From the NCBI GenBank assembly GCA_001643675.2, contig LSRY02000015.1, forward strand, positions 806,001-870,000: DNA of 64,000 bases. The letters run 5' to 3'. Source of the stretch: Monocercomonoides exilis PA203 (Eukaryota > Protista > Preaxostyla). How positions within the stretch are numbered: the first letter of the stretch is position 1; each line of letters opens with the position of its first letter. A model generated the notes under the pieces. It was not told the origin of the DNA. It saw only the letters and a program-made list of their open reading frames with translations, and searched no databases. A program made the position numbers and the translations under genes. Shown here piece by piece: positions 59,613 to 64,000 of the stretch.

Positions 59613-60410
59613 ACATTATAATACATATGAATATGCTGGTATGCATGTGGTTTTTGTGTTTCTTTTTTGAATGTATCTATGAAAAAAAATTATTTTTGAT
59701 CAAAAATTTTTTTGAGTGAAAATTTTTACTAATTTTGAAGAAGAAAAATATTCACAATTTGTCATCATTTTTGTATGTTATACACACATACAATTCATTT
59801 ACGCGTGTTTTCAATTTTTTTCAGTAGCTGTGTGAAAAGTCGAATAAATTACATGGGGTTTTTTTTTTTTTGATATCATAAAAAAAGATCAAAAATCGAA
59901 AAAATTAGATCTATTGTGGTATTCTTTGATCAAAAAGTTTAATTGATTTTTTTGCAAGTATTTAGCTTGGATTTCTGTAATATATATTTGATTTGTTTTT
60001 AAGAATAAAAAAACATACCTTTTTTCATTAAAAAGAATTTTTTGATCAAGTTTTTTTGAAATTAACAAAAAACAAATAAATAAAACTTCAGAAAGAAATA
60101 GAAGTCTCAAGACTAACTTAACAATACGGATAATTGGAAAATAAAAACAAAAAACATCGGAAAAGTTTGAAATTTGAAAAAAAAATATTTTTTTTGACAT
60201 TCTAAAAATGACAATAGTTTGTCATCTTTAGTTTCTTTGGATTTTGCATCACAAAATCATCATTCCAGTTTAGTGTTTCAGCTTCAACAGCAAAACAAAA
60301 GATAGAACTGTGGAAAAGGAAATATTTCCAAGAATAACAACTGATTCAAATTCGTCGTTTCTCTCTCTTCTCCTGATCTTATCTCTTATCGACTTCTCTC
60401 TCCATCCTCT

Positions 60411-61178
60411 TTGTTCTTCGTCCAAAATTTTCCATTATTGCTTCTTTCACATTCTCATTCCACATACTCCCTCTATCGCTCCTTAATCACCAAAAGAATT
60501 CATTTCATTCATCCTGCACTTCCTCTTCTTTCTTCTTTTATTTCTTCATCAATTGCTAACTCCCCTGCCCTCTCCCTCTCCCTCGCCTTCTGCACAATGG
60601 CCAACATCAACTCGGAACAGTTCAGCCAACAGACTGCCACAGATGGCGGGTGCATCTCATTCGCCTCATCTTCCCCTGCCAACACATTTTCTGTGAGGAA
60701 CACAACCTTCTCCAGCTGCTCTGTGAGCGAGGATACAAGTTCTGGAGGAAGAGGCGGGGCGCTCATGATCGAGTTCAATGAAGGCTCACAAGTGTCATCC
60801 ACAACCTTTTCCATCACCAATATCGTGTTTTCAGCCAACAAGGCCAGTGTCGGAAGAGATATGTATTTTGTGTGCGAATCATTTGTCGCTTCTGTGAAGG
60901 AACCCTTGTTCGCCTTCGTGACAAGCATCACTCAGAAAGACAACTCGGTTGTTGGACATGACAGAACAGAAGCATTCGGCAATTGGGATGTGGATTTATT
61001 CATATTTCTCAACGGGCATACAGCTGACAATGAATGCGTAGATAGTCATCTTGGCATCAAGGAAGTGAATTGCGAGTTGGAAAAAACTCCCTACAAGAGT
61101 GCGCACAATGTGATGTGTCTTCTGAAGAAGGCGCAGATCATAAGGCAGAAATCATTTCATCAGCTGACTTGTCGGTGA
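60411..61178 (+). pseudogene. Internal fragment of the beta-helix-repeat surface protein family
   Basis: DGGCISF...NTTFSSCSV...GGRGGALMI...ITNIVFSANKASVGRDMYFVC parallels modules of 3938..12963 (e.g. GRGGGIFL...LSNITFKGNAALKGRDVFVKC). No signal peptide or TM; degenerate ends. Confidence 0.65.
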
Positions 61179-62039
61179 AAATATGTGCAAATGAAGACAA
61201 AGTCGAAGATATTTGAAGAGAAGGCACACAAAATAGAAGAAAACATCTCATATGTGCATTTGATGAAATCAACATTGCTTGTCGGACATTTATTCTCTTC
61301 TTTCATAGAATTATCCATTAAATATGCCTTTTCAAATAAATATGTTTCCCTCATCGTTTCGTCTTCTCCGACATATTGAAGGCGTGTGACGTTGTGTAAC
61401 CTGCCGAAAACAATCCCAGCAACTGTTTGTTCAAAGAAATCTTTTCCCACCTTGTTCTTTCTTCCTGTAATTCTTTCAATGTCAAAATAAATAATGCAGA
61501 GGCAACCTTCATGGGTTGTGTGCCCGATTATCTGCTATTCTTGATTTGACATTGTACCATTTCATTTGTAAAAATAATTTTTAAAGATATTCCTTGATAG
61601 AATAAATATTTCTTTCGTCTATCTGAGGAGGAATGAAAGACGGTTCCTGGCTCTGAATTCGATAAAAGTTGAATGAAATAAAATAATTTTTTGCTTACTC
61701 AGCAGCTCTGCTGAATTGAACAAAACAAACATTTGACTAAGTGGATGCTCTGATCCAATGCCAAATAAGAAGAAACATAAAAGAAGAAGTTGTAGAGGGA
61801 GTTGATGACAATGATGACGAGGATAAAGAGGGATATTCTGCTTTTAATAAAGTTTATTACTGAAATGAAGTGGATGTGACTGAATATATTGATGATGAAG
61901 AGGAGACGGTGGTGATAAAAGGCTCGTTGAAAGTGAAAAGTTGAATGAGAAGAGACTTAGACAGAGATAAAATATCATGCAGATAAATTGATCTTTTCTT
62001 TTTCCTCACTTTTTTTCTATTTTCTCATGTTCTTTCTTC

Positions 62040-62760
62040 TTCTTCCTGTCTTTCAGCTTGCCTCTACCAGCTCCTGGATCTTCTTCTGTTCTCCTTAGAC
62101 CATGTTCTTTTCAGTCAGTATTCGTTTTATCTGCTCGTCAATCTCTTCTCAGTCTTTCGTGACTTCTGCTCACTCCAGCTCTGTCAGCTTCTTGATCAGC
62201 TCATTGTTCTGGAAATAATCCTCTATCATCTTGTTTTCCTCTTCCAGCAGAACGGCTCCTAACGCTCTTTCCTTCCACAAGCCTCCCAAACACTCCCTTC
62301 TCTCTTTCTTTTTGTACAAATAAGATTTCTTTCTCGTTTTTGTTGGTTTGTTTCTTTCTTTTTCCATTTTTTCTTTTCTGCAATCTCTTTCAGTCTCATT
62401 TGCACTTTTTTGGAAGCTCTTTCTTTATATTCGATTTTCACTTTCTGGAATTTTTTGCGTATTAGATTGACTTCCAAAGATATATCCGCTTTCTGTTTCT
62501 TTTTGGTGAAATTTCTCTTCTTCCAATTGAACATCTCTTGTTTTGCTCTCTTTCTGTCCATCAAAAATTCTCGTTTCTTTCGCCAATGGCTTTCACAGAC
62601 ACAGCTTTCAATCTTTTCTCAAGCTGAAACTCATATTTTTCTGTCTCTCTTTCGTCATCTCTAGTGTCACTTCCTTTCCCCCTTCTTCTTCTCATTGTTC
62701 ACCATCTCTTCTTCACCTTCTTCACGGCTTCTTTATTGATATCCGATCACTTGTTTCACT
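62040..62760 (-). pseudogene. Decayed coiled-coil/charged coding remnant, possibly from a retroelement ORF1/gag
   Basis: Frame LWKERALGAVLLEEENKMIEDYFQNNELIKKLTELE*AEVTKD*EEIDEQIKRIL is interrupted by stops. Confidence 0.3.
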
Positions 62761-63319
62761 TGTCCATGTTCCCCCCCTCTTCAGCTGTCCCAATGCAAAT
62801 TGAAGCTTAATCTTTAACTTCCGCGAAAAATTCACGAAATGTCATTAATCCAACCCCGTTTCGCTCCTGAGCCATTTCTCTTAAATGAACAAAACATGAT
62901 ACTCGAACGCCCAACACATATCTCAATGAATTATACACAGAGAAGATGTCCATTTCGCACAAAACGTCAGAAACAGGTGATGATAACTTGGCAGCATAAA
63001 GAGAAGTCAGCGCAGATGATAGATGTGCCTGTGGAGCAAATGTCAGTGACATTTGTGAAGAAGTGTTCGAAGAACAGTGAGCTTTTCCAATGTCAGAAGA
63101 CTTTTATCACTTGAACAATCCATTGGAGATCCGAAAATATAATTTGAAGGCAATGTGATCTTTTGCTCTTTTCTTTTCTGGCGCATTAAAGAATTTGGTG
63201 TTTCAAACCTTGCATTTTGTATTTTTTTCTTCGATTGCTCTAACGATATAAGCTGAAGATAGTGAAAGAAGATCTCAATTTCCTTAAGATGCTCAGCACA
63301 GTTCTCTTTGTTCTGAAGT

Positions 63320-64000
63320 TGCAACTGCATTCCCAAAGGAGGCAGACGAGCTGCGCTGCCTTGCATGTTCGTTGCTCCTGTTGGAATAAGCCCTTGAATT
63401 CATTGAATATCCTGTGATTGCATAAACACCTGTAGAACTATTCCCTGTTGATAATTCAATTGAACTGAGACTGAACCACAGCCAGAAGAATAGCCAGAAA
63501 ACGTATTCAACAACAGAGGAAGAGTGACGTTCACTCCGCTAACTTCATTTGCATCATTCATCCTTCTTCCTCCAGCACTTCCGTTTCGCGTCTCCCTCAG
63601 CTGCCCCAAGTTCCCTTTGTTCTTTCTTGTTGTTCCTTTCGTGGCAGACGTTGTTGGAGTGAGGTTGTACATCCCAAACGCCTCTCTCTCCTTCTCCTTC
63701 TGCAAAATCCTTATCTTCTGCTCCGCTTTTGCCTGAGCTGCTCCCTCCAGTACCTGCTTCGTGATCTCGTTGAGCTGAATGCAACTGGTCAATGTTCGCG
63801 ATTGTAGTGTTAACGCAGCAACTGCTGAAAGCGTATCAACAGGCTGCCTTGCCAGCGCCAACAGAAACTTCTTCTCTTCGTTTCTCGCTTTTTCCAGGAC
63901 AGGGCGGAACTGCACAAGTCGAGAGGCTATTTGAATGCCCCGTGATTTCGTCATGCGCTCAATGACGCTCACTCTCGGTGGGTGCTTGCGGATGCTTGGT
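63320..64000 (-). mobile_element. GC-richer ORF fragment open to the right edge; possibly the gag-like region of a retroelement
   Basis: 190-aa helical ORF (63400..63972) with a Gln/Gly-rich tail, compositionally distinct from its flanks and embedded among pseudogenes. No diagnostic motif. Confidence 0.25.

Noticed and set aside
61160-61700. Short minus-strand ORF (96 aa) with coding-like composition
   Set aside because: Fragmentary with no recognisable family; probably pseudogene debris.

Overview
Eukaryotic, AT-rich protist DNA with short GT-AG introns and the standard genetic code (H2B and threonine synthase end in TAA). Gene content and Ser-rich low-complexity proteins suggest an oxymonad/metamonad such as Monocercomonoides; this is an inference. 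Left part: pseudogene fragments, a DIRS-type retroelement RNase H relic, several MITE-like fold-back elements, and a ~3000-aa receptor-like gene (signal peptide, Cys/Gly-rich beta-helix-type repeats, TM helix, degenerate kinase) split by one frameshift. Middle: a compact housekeeping cluster with a THH1/TOM1/GPR137-like membrane protein, KEOPS kinase BUD32 head-to-head (72 bp between ATGs) with an intronless prokaryote-like threonine synthase, a GH13 alpha-amylase, histone H2B, a Ser-rich giant ORF and a PAP2 phosphatase. Right part: a 3663-aa low-complexity protein, TSR1, an ER-type FKBP, another fold-back element and decayed gene/retroelement remnants. The most notable observation is the BUD32/threonine synthase bidirectional pair, because threonine is the substrate of the KEOPS t6A pathway. 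All calls come from reading motifs by eye; no searches were run.
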